Source: an uncultured virus (IMG/VR IMGVR_UViG_2061766007_000905) (taxonomy: Duplodnaviria; Heunggongvirae; Uroviricota; Caudoviricetes). Taken from it: 64,000 bases of DNA. The notes below the pieces were generated by a model. It saw only the letters and a list, made by a program, of their open reading frames with translations. It ran no database searches and was not told the DNA's origin. The DNA is taken from IMG/VR virus record IMGVR_UViG_2061766007_000905. One strand, written 5' to 3'. The translations under genes were made by a program, and so were the position numbers. Positions 26,071-36,396 of the stretch are shown here, piece after piece. Positions within the stretch are counted from its first letter, which is position 1; every line of letters starts with the position of its first letter.

Positions 26071-27027
26071 ATGGAATTAAAATATATTTGTAGTTTTTGT
26101 AATAAAGAATATGACTCTGCCCATGCGCAAAAAACGCATCAGCGTTTTTGTAAAATGAATCCTAATCATGAAGATAGTGCTTTTATAAAATATAATAAAA
26201 ATAAAGATACTCCATGGAATAAAGGTTTATCAAAAGAAACAGATGAACGTTTAAAATTACGCGGCGAAAAATTGCATAAACGCTATGAAAACGGTGAGTT
26301 AAAACCCTCACAAACAGGTAAATCTGTTTCTGAAGAAACAAAAAAGAAAATCTCAGAAAGTATGAAGAAAGCTCAAAAAGAAGGGCGAGCTTATAATATT
26401 GGACAATCAAGATGGAATAATGAACATAGTATTCCTGAAAAATGGTTAATAAAAGTTTTAAAAAATGATTTTAATCAAATAGAAAATATAGATTATAAAA
26501 CTGAAATGTCTTTTTATAGATATGCCCTTGATTTTGCATGGCCAGAAAAGAAGCTATGTATTGAAATAGATGGTAAACAACATTTGTATGATGAAAAACA
26601 AATAGCGCGTGATAAAGAAAAAGATAGGCTTTTAAAAGAAGATGGGTGGAAAGAGCTACGTTTAAAATGGGGTTATATAGTTAAAAATACACAAGAAGCA
26701 TTAAAAATTATTATTAATTTCTTAAATGAATGTGGTGATACTACAATACCAATATATAAGTCACAATCAGAAATTTGGGAAGAAAAACGAAAAGAAAATG
26801 AGTTAAATGGCGTTTTAAAAGATAAGTCGGGTAAATTTAATAAAAAGAAATTATCAGAAAGCCAATGGTTAAAACGTAAAGAAATAATTTTGAATTCTGA
26901 TATTGATTTAACAAAGTTTGGTTGGAAATCTGAAGTTGAAAGAAAAACAAAATTAACTAGAAAAGAAATTGTTAGAACTATTGAGCATTTCCCAGACTTG
27001 CAGGAACAGACATATAAAAGGGGTTGA
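26071..27027 (+). CDS. Homing endonuclease: Zn-finger, NUMOD3-like, Vsr/DUF559-like nuclease
   Basis: SEETKKKISES, LDFAWP..IEIDGKQH..RD..KD. Confidence 0.85.
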   Translation: MELKYICSFCNKEYDSAHAQKTHQRFCKMNPNHEDSAFIKYNKNKDTPWNKGLSKETDERLKLRGEKLHKRYENGELKPSQTGKSVSEETKKKISESMKKAQKEGRAYNIGQSRWNNEHSIPEKWLIKVLKNDFNQIENIDYKTEMSFYRYALDFAWPEKKLCIEIDGKQHLYDEKQIARDKEKDRLLKEDGWKELRLKWGYIVKNTQEALKIIINFLNECGDTTIPIYKSQSEIWEEKRKENELNGVLKDKSGKFNKKKLSESQWLKRKEIILNSDIDLTKFGWKSEVERKTKLTRKEIVRTIEHFPDLQEQTYKRG

Positions 27028-27058
27028 CATTTGTCGACCTTTTTCTATATTATAAAAT

Positions 27059-27355
27059 ATGAGCCTATATAAAGAAAAAATTTTAAAGANNNNNNNNNNN
27101 NNNNNNNNNNNNNNNNNNNNNNNNNNNNNNNNNNNNNNNNNNNNNNNNNNNNNNNNNNNNNNNNNNNNNNNNNNNNNNNNNNNNNNNNNNNNNNNNNNNN
27201 NGAATAAAAATATCGAATTCAGTAAATGTAGCATGGATTGTTATTGGACTACAAGTTCTGATTTAAGGCTTAAAGACTTAAAAGTTACATGTTATAGAAT
27301 TACTCCAGAACATAAGACTCTTGATGATGTCGTAGATGTTCCTTGGAAAAGGTAG
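27059..27355 (+). CDS. Hypothetical protein (gapped), variant of 53448
   Basis: near-identical to 53448 ORF. Confidence 0.55.
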   Translation: MSLYKEKILKXXXXXXXXXXXXXXXXXXXXXXXXXXXXXXXXXXXXXXNKNIEFSKCSMDCYWTTSSDLRLKDLKVTCYRITPEHKTLDDVVDVPWKR

Positions 27356-27409
27356 ACTAAAATAAAAAGGGTTGACATTTGTCAACTCTTTTATTATATT
27401 AATGGTTAA

Positions 27410-27520
27410 GGCGAGCTTAGTAAGGGAGCTGAAAACGGTTCGATTCCGTGTTCTCTTGGTGTGTGGCCGTTCAAGTCGGCGTAGATATGGTGTCTGGCGG
27501 TTCGATTCCGCAGTATTGCC
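27410..27520 (+). ncRNA. Triple T-arm structured RNA, variant 1
   Basis: ACGG TTCGATT CCGT; GCCG TTCAAGT CGGC; GCGG TTCGATT CCGC inside GGCGA/TTGCC. Confidence 0.7.
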
Positions 27521-27736
27521 CTAGAAACAAACAAAAGGAAGAATAATTATGGCAAAACTCGATTATTNNNNNNNNNNGAAGACGGTGATTCAACATTGAA
27601 TGATTGGCGTTTTCAAAATGCAGGGCATGATATTCGTGAATATATTCGAGAAATGGACTGGGATGAAGACTTAATTTATGAAGTCGATTTATCNNNNNNN
27701 NNNGAATGTCAACTCTTTTATTATATTAATGATTAA

Positions 27737-27851
27737 GGCGAGCTTAGTAAGGGAGCTGAAATTCGGTTCAAGTCCGATTAATCCATGGTTGGTAGCCGTT
27801 CGACTCGGCATTGACGTTGGTTGTCTGGCGGTTCGATTCCGCAGTATCGCC
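27737..27851 (+). ncRNA. Triple T-arm structured RNA, variant 2, 5' of HD hydrolase
   Basis: TCGG TTCAAGT CCGA; GCCG TTCGACT CGGC; GCGG TTCGATT CCGC inside GGCGA/TCGCC. Confidence 0.7.
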
Positions 27852-27879
27852 CTAGAAACAAACAAAAGGAAGAATAATT

Positions 27880-28419
27880 ATGGCAAAACTCGATTATTCA
27901 ATCATTTATGAACGTATTAAACCGAAAGACTTCCCGGTGGAATGTCTCGGAATGTACTGTCTCTGCAAGGTTGCTCATGCTCACCAGGTTCGTAAGGGAA
28001 GTGGACTTCCATATTATATTCATCCTCGTGGTGTGGCTATGATTGTCAAACTTTGTGGTGGGACAAATGACCAGATCAGTGCCGCGCTTGGCCATGATCT
28101 TCTGGAAGATACTGAATATTCTTTTGCTGATATTGCCACTGTTGCGAATTCTATTCATGTCGCTGAACTGTGTTCTGAACTCCGTAATAACAGGCATGTT
28201 ATCCAGGAAGTAGGAAAGACAGAATATATGACTGAAAAGTTGCTCAAGATGAGCGAAGAGGCTCTGCTTATCAAGCTCGCCGATATGCTCTATAATTCTT
28301 GGGACCAACCGGCTGAAAAGGCAATGAACAGAATGTATAAAAACGTGTGCGAGCTCTTGCTCAAGCGAAAGATTAACGATAAGTGTCGTGAACTTGCACA
28401 GCTTATAATTTTGGCGTAA
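27880..28419 (+). CDS. HD hydrolase, Mesh1/small alarmone hydrolase-like
   Basis: AH..QVRK..PYYIHP..VA, HDLLEDT, IKLAD..N. Confidence 0.85.
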   Translation: MAKLDYSIIYERIKPKDFPVECLGMYCLCKVAHAHQVRKGSGLPYYIHPRGVAMIVKLCGGTNDQISAALGHDLLEDTEYSFADIATVANSIHVAELCSELRNNRHVIQEVGKTEYMTEKLLKMSEEALLIKLADMLYNSWDQPAEKAMNRMYKNVCELLLKRKINDKCRELAQLIILA

Positions 28420-28420
28420 T

Positions 28421-29140
28421 ATGAAATTTGGATTAATCGGAAGTAATATCGGATATAGCAAGTCGAAAGAAATTTTCGAATCTAAAGGTATCGAATATCA
28501 TGTTTATGATGTTCCGTATGTCGAACAAGGACTTGAACAGGCTATAGCTGATAAGCTGGACGGTTTCAACGTAACGAAGCCGTTTAAGAAAGATATTGTC
28601 AGATACATGGATTCATTGATGCCTGAAGCACAACGTATCGGGACAGTGAACTGTGTTAAAATCCTGAACGATTGTTTTATCGGCGAAAACTTCGATGGCG
28701 AAGCATTCCGGATTTCTTTGGATCATTATGTAGACAATCATGACGATTGGGAATTCGATTATCCGCATCGTATGGCTATTCTTGGAAATGGCGGGGTAGT
28801 TCCGGCTATTCTTACTGCTCTTCATGACGCCACCGATTTGGCTATTTCCAGTCATGAAATGACAGTATTCGCCCGTAATCCAAAGGGAGATGAAAAAAGT
28901 ATTTCGGAATTCGATGCCAAGAAATTCGATCTTATCGNNNNNNNNNNTACTATTCCGTTCGAAGCCAGAATTGACATAAATTTCAATAATAAGAGCAAGT
29001 TCATCTATTATGACCTGAACTATGCGGACAGGACGCTTGTCGAAAAGGCTGAAAAGAATAAACACTGTTCCTGGTCGCTTGACGGGATGGATATGCTCGA
29101 ACGTCAGGCAGAAATGGCCCTAAACTGGTGGAAAGAATAA
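28421..29140 (+). CDS. aroE: Shikimate dehydrogenase-like protein
   Basis: YSKS, GFNVTKPFK, GTVNC, ENFDG, ILGNGG, YDLNY, GMDML..QA. Confidence 0.8.
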   Translation: MKFGLIGSNIGYSKSKEIFESKGIEYHVYDVPYVEQGLEQAIADKLDGFNVTKPFKKDIVRYMDSLMPEAQRIGTVNCVKILNDCFIGENFDGEAFRISLDHYVDNHDDWEFDYPHRMAILGNGGVVPAILTALHDATDLAISSHEMTVFARNPKGDEKSISEFDAKKFDLIXXXXTIPFEARIDINFNNKSKFIYYDLNYADRTLVEKAEKNKHCSWSLDGMDMLERQAEMALNWWKE

Positions 29141-29179
29141 AAGTCTTCGTTATAAATAATAAAAACGGAGATTTTTATT

Positions 29180-29905
29180 ATGGATTTAAACGAAGCTAAA
29201 GAATTATTGAATCAGTATGGTTATTCTCTTGTAGAAGCCTATGGTGATGCTTCTCCTGCCCAGATGGCCGGAATGAAGCAGCGTCTCGCAAATTATATCA
29301 AGACAGGTGGTGAATTCAAGATTAAGAGCAAGGCAAACCCGCTCGGCTTGGTCGTTACCATTGAAAAGGGCGAGGACGGTATCTTGACTCTTCTTAATGC
29401 AAATACTTACGATGAGCTCGCATGGGCACATGACGAAGACGAAATGATTAAGAAGATTTACGACATCCAGGCTAATCTCGACAATATCCAGAAGGCTGAA
29501 TCCTTCAAGATGGACATGGTTGGTGATGTCAACGAACTTCTCAATGACGGTCAGATTGTTGTTATTCCTGACGCTTTATATTCTAGCGAAGTTTTTGGTA
29601 AGTTCAAGTCTGCTGGCGACATGGTTTACCTACATGGTGAAGCGGAAGATGATGCCGGTTTTGATATTTGTCGTATCTTAACAAAATCTGGAAAGCCGTT
29701 TACCGAAGAAAAGCGTTACGATTGCGTTGTCGCTTGTCCGAAGAAAGGCTATGTTCCGAGCTATTTCTACTTCTGGTATGATGCGACGTTTGCCAATAAG
29801 GATTTCCCGTACGGCTTGCCTCGTGGTCTCGTCTGCTATAAGACTGATACCACATACTGTGCAGATGCTCAAAAGAAACTTGACAGCAAGAGCAGCAAGC
29901 TTTAA
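29180..29905 (+). CDS. Late protein with putative capsid-targeting leader
   Basis: TATAAATA at 29151; MDLNEAKELLNQYGYSLVE. Confidence 0.7.
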   Translation: MDLNEAKELLNQYGYSLVEAYGDASPAQMAGMKQRLANYIKTGGEFKIKSKANPLGLVVTIEKGEDGILTLLNANTYDELAWAHDEDEMIKKIYDIQANLDNIQKAESFKMDMVGDVNELLNDGQIVVIPDALYSSEVFGKFKSAGDMVYLHGEAEDDAGFDICRILTKSGKPFTEEKRYDCVVACPKKGYVPSYFYFWYDATFANKDFPYGLPRGLVCYKTDTTYCADAQKKLDSKSSKL

Positions 29906-29968
29906 TATAAACAAATATTTACAATAAAAAGGCTGACGCAGGTCAGTCTTTTTTCTATCTTTAGATTT

Positions 29969-30625
29969 ATGTACGATTTAGTTGAAAAGTGGCGAGAATC
30001 TGGAAAAGATCCGGCTGACATGCCGGCTATTGTTGTTAGGGTACATTTTGGTCATGATTTGACCTGTATTACTCAACAGTCAAATCGTGAACGATATGGT
30101 ATTGACTGGAAGCTTTCATTAGATGATCCGGAGGATTTACATATTAAAGCAAATTATTTTCCGGTATATGCAGTGAGCGACGTTAGAAGCAGTCCAAAAG
30201 AATTTCAATATTCAGATATATCCCATAAGTTCAAGAGCTGGGTATATAATACTCCGCACTTCAGTGAATATGGTAAAAAATCAAAACAATATGGTAAAAA
30301 ATCAAAACATGAACTTTATGTACCTGGATTCTGTCTTCAATACAGAAATAACTGGTGTTGGACTACAAAGAAACCTTTTGGCCCGCAGAGAGAATTATCT
30401 TGTGGATATGAATCGAGTGCAATCTTTGTCTATCCGAAACCAACATTAGACCCGACGCATAAAGATGATGATTTTTTCTTCGGCGAAAACTGGATTGAAT
30501 GGTATGGAAAACGACATTACCTAAGAACACCTGAAGAAGTCATGAAGGCACAATATGAGCTTGATCTTGACTTGCACATGTTATATATCGATGGTGACGA
30601 TGAAAATAAGGTTGACAAACCTTAA
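29969..30625 (+). CDS. Hypothetical protein
   Basis: ORF behind promoter cassette; internal YGKKSK duplication. Confidence 0.6.
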   Translation: MYDLVEKWRESGKDPADMPAIVVRVHFGHDLTCITQQSNRERYGIDWKLSLDDPEDLHIKANYFPVYAVSDVRSSPKEFQYSDISHKFKSWVYNTPHFSEYGKKSKQYGKKSKHELYVPGFCLQYRNNWCWTTKKPFGPQRELSCGYESSAIFVYPKPTLDPTHKDDDFFFGENWIEWYGKRHYLRTPEEVMKAQYELDLDLHMLYIDGDDENKVDKP

Positions 30626-30665
30626 TTGTTTTACTATATTGTAGGTAAACAATAAGGACAAACCA

Positions 30666-31217
30666 ATGGAAGAATTTAACAAAATCATCGAAACTATCGA
30701 AGCTGCGCATCTTGAACTTAGACAGGCAGCAAAGATTGTATTTAAAAATATGGCCACTGTTAGAAATGCGCGTGGTTTACCAGAAGACCATTATAAGGGT
30801 GAATATTGTTTTCCGTTTTACGAAGGTGGCTCTTATTATTACGAAGGTCCTGACACGCACTGGCCAAATGAACATTATTGTTTTTTGCCGAAGAAAATCG
30901 ATGATGACATGCGTCGATTTATTAATGCGCTCCGTGACCTTGATACTAAGATTCGTCCCATGTTCGCGTGGAAGATTGAAAAGTCTAAACATAATGATGA
31001 TAAGGGAAATCTTGTTTTTGGAGACGTTCGTGGTTGGTGCTATCAAGGACACGGCGTAAGCACACGAAGATTCCATGGTCATGCAGCTCTGGTTGGCTCT
31101 ATTGTTCGTGGAGTATATAAGGATGCATTTCTTTTTGAACTTATTGAACTTGCCAAGAAAAAAGGTGCTCCGCTCAATAAAAATGATTTCGCTTCTGTTC
31201 AGGCATTTTCTCACTAG
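30666..31217 (+). CDS. Hypothetical protein
   Basis: AAGGA RBS, own promoter. Confidence 0.65.
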   Translation: MEEFNKIIETIEAAHLELRQAAKIVFKNMATVRNARGLPEDHYKGEYCFPFYEGGSYYYEGPDTHWPNEHYCFLPKKIDDDMRRFINALRDLDTKIRPMFAWKIEKSKHNDDKGNLVFGDVRGWCYQGHGVSTRRFHGHAALVGSIVRGVYKDAFLFELIELAKKKGAPLNKNDFASVQAFSH

Positions 31218-31225
31218 GTAAGAAT

Positions 31226-32419
31226 ATGGTAGATAATAAAAGTTGTTTAAAATACAAATATCTCACATTGAAGGTTACTGTTGAACGTAATCCGGCCGGT
31301 GCATTATATGCGTGGACATATACCGTAACCGGTATTGATACTTTTGAAGGTATCAATGTTCTCGGTTTTTACGATAAGAAGAACATATGGCCTGTTACGT
31401 TGATGAGCAACAAGACTATCTATGAATATGACTGGACTACGATCGCTTCCCGTATTCGTACTGGTACCTTCAAGAACTATATGGACTTGTTTAAGGATGA
31501 AAAGCACATCATCATTGTCAGTGATGCGATTAATTTCGAAACTGGTTCTGTAGGAACTGAAGTAGATAAATGTGGATTTAAGATTTCCAATGCTTTCGAA
31601 GGATATACTATTCAGTATATCAATTCTGACGTATATTCTATTGTCGAATCTGAAAACTTGCTTGCACCGACGATTTCTGAAGATGAACGTCGTCGAAAGA
31701 TGGAAGAAAAACTCGATAAGGAATGGCTAAAGCGTTATGGTAAACTTCCGAAAGAATCCCGTCCAACCATTGCTTTCGTAGATGAAATCAAGGAAGCTGA
31801 AAAGGAAATTAAGCCTCCGTTCTTTAAGCGACATGCGGGACTTCTCCAGTTTGCTGCTTTTTTCATTTTGTTTATTAGTATCGTGATTGCTTGTATTATC
31901 AGTACCAATTTCATCGGAAGATTTGAAGAATGGAACTATAAACGAAATTCTCCGGTTAAGAGCGCAGCCGTAACAACTACCGTAACCAAGAATCCGTATT
32001 CCCGTGCACAGGCTATGGCATTCGCAATCGATAGCATGTCAGTCTTTGAAGACAATATAAAGGATAGTATCGATGTCAAGGCATTGGCTGACTCTATCTA
32101 TGCTGAAGATTTGGAACGTAGGGCTGATTCCGTGACCCGTGAAGTCATTAAACACGACAGTCTGGTTTCCACATTGCCGAAAAATAAAAGAGTCCAGATT
32201 GAGCTTGTCGCGGTTATTGAAGACGGTGTAACTACACGTAAGGTTCAGACAGATGTCGTACTTGATACTATCCGAGAATCTGACATGAAGCACCTGACCA
32301 AGACTATTACGGCAATGGCTACGAACATGGCTAAGGACAGACAGACAGAAATCGATACGTCTCGTACATATTACCGTGTTTCTAAGGTGAAGACGGATAA
32401 CTTTATTACTATGGAGTAA
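31226..32419 (+). CDS. Membrane protein, DDG(I/V)T-RQxEID paralog family
   Basis: one TM helix; VIEDGVTTRKV..RQTEID. Confidence 0.7.
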   Translation: MVDNKSCLKYKYLTLKVTVERNPAGALYAWTYTVTGIDTFEGINVLGFYDKKNIWPVTLMSNKTIYEYDWTTIASRIRTGTFKNYMDLFKDEKHIIIVSDAINFETGSVGTEVDKCGFKISNAFEGYTIQYINSDVYSIVESENLLAPTISEDERRRKMEEKLDKEWLKRYGKLPKESRPTIAFVDEIKEAEKEIKPPFFKRHAGLLQFAAFFILFISIVIACIISTNFIGRFEEWNYKRNSPVKSAAVTTTVTKNPYSRAQAMAFAIDSMSVFEDNIKDSIDVKALADSIYAEDLERRADSVTREVIKHDSLVSTLPKNKRVQIELVAVIEDGVTTRKVQTDVVLDTIRESDMKHLTKTITAMATNMAKDRQTEIDTSRTYYRVSKVKTDNFITME

Positions 32420-32422
32420 ACA

Positions 32423-32974
32423 ATGAACCCGTTTGAAATCTTTAAGAGAGCAGTTTTCAAGACCGCAAAGAGTGGTGGTGACCCTATGTTGTTAATCGAC
32501 GGTCTAATCTTTGCCGGTGCGATTTGTAATATTCTTCTGTTTATTATCAGTCTTATTTGCTGTATAAGTACTCCGGCATCTAACGAAGCCAGAATTATAA
32601 CAGACGGTATTGCTCCGATTACATTGAAGACAAGTATCGCATTCATTATCGTCGGAGTATTATATATCGCATATTCTGGCGAAATATATGATGCCGAAGT
32701 AAAAACATATGACGAGTTGAGCGGTAAAGACTATGAAAATTTGGTACTTACATCAGTTTATACTTTTTTGGCAATAATCTTGTCCCCAACATCGTATATC
32801 TATTTTACTCTTAAATACACATTCATACTTATAGCTATAACCGGTAATTTAATCATTATTCGACTTCCCCGCATGATTATCCATTTATTATGTGGAAATC
32901 ACCGGCCAGCGAAGAAACTAAAGAAAGAAGACACCAACTTATTGTACGATTATAATAAGCTGTTAAGCAAGTAG
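32423..32974 (+). CDS. Multi-pass membrane protein
   Basis: 4 TM; related to 33057 and 36722 ORFs. Confidence 0.65.
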   Translation: MNPFEIFKRAVFKTAKSGGDPMLLIDGLIFAGAICNILLFIISLICCISTPASNEARIITDGIAPITLKTSIAFIIVGVLYIAYSGEIYDAEVKTYDELSGKDYENLVLTSVYTFLAIILSPTSYIYFTLKYTFILIAITGNLIIIRLPRMIIHLLCGNHRPAKKLKKEDTNLLYDYNKLLSK

Positions 32975-33056
32975 TATCAAGGACATGTAAATAAAAATAC
33001 CCATTGACAATATGGGTATTTTTTATTATATTATAGCCATAAACAAGAGGACTAAG

Positions 33057-33560
33057 ATGATTTTCAAAGATATTCAAATGTCTCAACTACATGCATACAG
33101 AAAAGAAGAAATGAACTCATGGTGTGCTATTTGGGGTATTAATTTTCTTGTATGGGTTGGAAGCGTAATTTTTAATGTCTGGTTCTATTTTCAACCTGAC
33201 TGCGTTGGTTTGTATCTTTTGTTGAACCGAATTTTTAGTGGTATGCTTTTTATTGCACTTGGTGGTTTCGTTTGTACTTGTGTAGTCGAACGCGAGTTTA
33301 TGAGTTATATTAAATTTGACAATTATGAAGACCTTCCTGCAGAAGGAAAAAAGACAGTATTTCTTTATGTGCTATATTATGCTATCTGGGTATTCTGTAC
33401 GCCGATGATTGTAATCTTGTTGCCTATTTTGCTTATGAAAGTCTTTTTCTATGATATTCCTAATAAGGTTCTTGACAGTTTCTTTGCAGAAAAACCGAAT
33501 AAGACGGATATTCTAAACGATTATGATACACTTCTTAAAAAGAAAAACGGTAAGAGATAA
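33057..33560 (+). CDS. Multi-pass membrane protein
   Basis: NVWFY..C.G motif shared with 36722. Confidence 0.65.
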   Translation: MIFKDIQMSQLHAYRKEEMNSWCAIWGINFLVWVGSVIFNVWFYFQPDCVGLYLLLNRIFSGMLFIALGGFVCTCVVEREFMSYIKFDNYEDLPAEGKKTVFLYVLYYAIWVFCTPMIVILLPILLMKVFFYDIPNKVLDSFFAEKPNKTDILNDYDTLLKKKNGKR

Positions 33561-33562
33561 TC

Positions 33563-33946
33563 ATGGAACGAATACTTAAAAACTATCTAGTTATCATTTT
33601 GTTCTTAAGTGCGTGTGGTTCATTCTATTTCATTGGTGAGCTCTGGCACCGCCCGGCATTCCAGAAGGAAATCGTAGAGGACAAGAAATTCTCCATGCCC
33701 GTGACTATCGAAATGTATACGGTAATCAATGACGGTGTTACTCGCCGAGTAGTTGCTTCCAAGGTCGTTACTGATTCTATTACCCACAAGGACACAGAAA
33801 TCGTCAACCGAGCAATCAAGGAAGCTACTCACCACATGATTGCAGTCCGTCAGCAGGAAATCGATAAAAACGACCACTACTGGCGAAATGCTAAGTTCAT
33901 TGACCTAAATAAAGAACAGACTCCTATTGACTTTATTAAGGAATAA
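33563..33946 (+). CDS. Membrane-anchored protein, DDG(I/V)T-RQxEID family
   Basis: VINDGVTRRV..RQQEID. Confidence 0.7.
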   Translation: MERILKNYLVIILFLSACGSFYFIGELWHRPAFQKEIVEDKKFSMPVTIEMYTVINDGVTRRVVASKVVTDSITHKDTEIVNRAIKEATHHMIAVRQQEIDKNDHYWRNAKFIDLNKEQTPIDFIKE

Positions 33947-33948
33947 AA

Positions 33949-34599
33949 ATGGATAATAAAGAACATCATCCGCATGTAACTTATTCTAGCGAATTCGGTC
34001 AAAAAGAACGTTATAAGCAGGATTACTATAATTCCAAAGCACCTAATCCTGATGATTATTCCGAAATTTTAGGGATTGGCGGTCTTTGTCTTTGTATAAT
34101 GCTTGTGGTCATAGTCGCTTCCGTAATTTTCTTCGGGAAATATGTATTCAAAAACATTACACCCGAAAGTCGTAACATCGGCAACTTCTGTCTTGCTACT
34201 GACAAACCATGTAACGACGCCAAGGAAGAAGAACGTCGACAGGCACTTGAAAAACGAAAGCAGGACAGTATCAAATATGTCCAGGACAGTATCGAAAGAT
34301 ATAACCGGTTATATGACAGTACGTTGACCGCTATTCGAATTCAGGACAGTATCGATGCCGAATTGGTGAAGACTCAGAAGGTTAAGACTGAATATATCGC
34401 GTTTATTGATGACGGTATTACTTCCAGAGAAGTAAAGATAAATGCGGTCACAGATTCCCTTACTGAAGAAGGATTGATTGCAATGGGAATGTCCTTTAAC
34501 GAAATGGCTTGGAACACCACACAGGACCGTCAGAGCGAAATTGACAATAACAAAAACTACTACACAAAATTTGAAAGGATAAAAACAGATGACGAATAA
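33949..34599 (+). CDS. Membrane-anchored protein, DDG(I/V)T-RQxEID family
   Basis: QDSI repeats; FIDDGITSREV..RQSEID. Confidence 0.7.
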   Translation: MDNKEHHPHVTYSSEFGQKERYKQDYYNSKAPNPDDYSEILGIGGLCLCIMLVVIVASVIFFGKYVFKNITPESRNIGNFCLATDKPCNDAKEEERRQALEKRKQDSIKYVQDSIERYNRLYDSTLTAIRIQDSIDAELVKTQKVKTEYIAFIDDGITSREVKINAVTDSLTEEGLIAMGMSFNEMAWNTTQDRQSEIDNNKNYYTKFERIKTDDE

Positions 34600-35302
34600 T
34601 CATTATAACGAAACGACTGACTCACCCTGGGTTCAGCCGGATCCAGTTGATTACGGTACTCCGAATATCGGTTATAAAACCATTAACAAACACTCTGAAA
34701 AAATCAGCGCAATCTTTTTCATTTTTATTCTGGTTTGTACGGTTATTACCTGTAAGTTCTTTTATGAATATGGTCAGAAAAACGAATCGATTTCCACAAA
34801 GGTTAACGTTAACGCAAGTTCGAGCGTCATATATCACAGTTCTGATAACGGTTTCGACTTCTTTAACAAGCGTTTTGAAGTTGATCCGAAAATCAAGGCT
34901 CTTATCGATTCCATGGAACAGGCAAAACGTGAAAAGCGTCTGGCAATGGAAGCTGAACAGCGTGAAAAACGAAAGCAGTTCATACGTGACAGCATTCAGG
35001 CTTATGTCCACATGCGAGACAGTATTAGACATGAAATTCTCAGGCAGGATAGTATCAGTGCAGAACTGGAACGTCAGAGAAAAGCCCAGATTGAATATAT
35101 TGCGGTCATCGACGACGGAATTACTAAACGTACCGTTAACGTGAATACGGTGTACGATACGTTGCCCGAAACCGTGACCAAGCATCTAGGCGAGGCGTTT
35201 GAAACAATGGCCCTGGAGGCTGTCCGTGAGCGACAGAACGAGATTGACAGGACGAAGGACTATTACAAGCGTCTTCGTCTACCAACAGAACGTATTTTAT
35301 AG
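34589..35302 (+). CDS. Membrane-anchored protein, DDG(I/V)T-RQxEID family
   Basis: RDSI repeats; VIDDGITKRTV..RQNEID. Confidence 0.7.
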   Translation: MTNNHYNETTDSPWVQPDPVDYGTPNIGYKTINKHSEKISAIFFIFILVCTVITCKFFYEYGQKNESISTKVNVNASSSVIYHSSDNGFDFFNKRFEVDPKIKALIDSMEQAKREKRLAMEAEQREKRKQFIRDSIQAYVHMRDSIRHEILRQDSISAELERQRKAQIEYIAVIDDGITKRTVNVNTVYDTLPETVTKHLGEAFETMALEAVRERQNEIDRTKDYYKRLRLPTERIL

Positions 35303-35311
35303 GAAAATATT

Positions 35312-35500
35312 ATGAAAGCTTCTGAACTTTTAGAACAGGTTCAAGATATTATCGCAAAATACGGTGACATTGAAGTTGTGAAACCGTATCGCGAAGAGGG
35401 ATGGTTATATCCTGAATATGAATCTGTTACTGACGCGTCAGTTACGCGTAAAGTTGTTTGTCATGAAGAAACAGGTCCTTATCTGCTTTCCATTGATTAA
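35312..35500 (+). CDS. Hypothetical protein, variant of 52973
   Basis: near-identical pair. Confidence 0.6.
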   Translation: MKASELLEQVQDIIAKYGDIEVVKPYREEGWLYPEYESVTDASVTRKVVCHEETGPYLLSID

Positions 35501-35525
35501 ATAAGCGGGCAATTAGCCCGCATTT

Positions 35526-36317
35526 TTATTCTTCTATGAATTCACCATTAAATTCGTGCTTGAAGAAATCTTCTCCATAGTCACGAATCATCTTTTTCTT
35601 CCATTTGGTATCACGTCCCTTCGTGCAGTTCCAAGGAATTTCGATAGCATTAAACGAATTCAGGTTCATCTTTGCCTTGGCGTAAAGCATACAGAACGGA
35701 TGATTAGTTGTAGTCGGCGTAGAACCGATAATCATCTGAGCTCGCATACGTGAAGCCTGAGTAGGAAATACTGACATCATAAAATCATCGGTTTCTCGAC
35801 CGCCCATGTGTGCGAAATCGTCAATCAGCAAAAGGTCTACTGTTTTACCCCTTACGCTTGACGACGAAGCAGCACATGCGAAAATCTGAGTATTGTTTTC
35901 GAATCTAATACAGCTATTGTTATTGGTTTTAGTTTTTGGACGTAAGAATTCAGGAAGATGCTCGTACATATCTCGAACTCGAAATAGGATTTCAGTCGCC
36001 TGCCCATTTTTCGGTGCCATGATACCGACACATTTTTCTGGATGGAATATTGCGAACCAGAGAGCATATACGGTCAGACCTGTAGTAAAACCAGATTGTC
36101 TTGTGTTTTTGACAATATAGTTTCGTTTGATACCAAAATCATCACTTTCGTAAGAATTTACGAAACCGTTGAGCATATCTTTCTGGAATTTACGTGGTTT
36201 GAATGATTCGTAGCCATTTTCAGATATAATCTGTGTATACTGATAAAACTTGTTTATGTCTTTTGCACATTCGGCGACGATTCTGGCTTCTTCGATAGTT
36301 AACTGTTTTTTAATCAT
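35526..36317 (-). CDS. Terminase large subunit ATPase-domain-only paralog, degenerate active site
   Basis: RQSGFTT (Walker A K lost), LIDDFAH, GSTP; ends at FKHEF; late promoter 36350-36357. Confidence 0.75.
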   Translation of the reverse strand: MIKKQLTIEEARIVAECAKDINKFYQYTQIISENGYESFKPRKFQKDMLNGFVNSYESDDFGIKRNYIVKNTRQSGFTTGLTVYALWFAIFHPEKCVGIMAPKNGQATEILFRVRDMYEHLPEFLRPKTKTNNNSCIRFENNTQIFACAASSSSVRGKTVDLLLIDDFAHMGGRETDDFMMSVFPTQASRMRAQMIIGSTPTTTNHPFCMLYAKAKMNLNSFNAIEIPWNCTKGRDTKWKKKMIRDYGEDFFKHEFNGEFIEE

Positions 36318-36396
36318 AGAGTTTTTCCTTTTATAATGATAGTTTTATTTATTTATAAGGGTTGACGATTAAAGGAAAAACTATTATATTTTTTAT

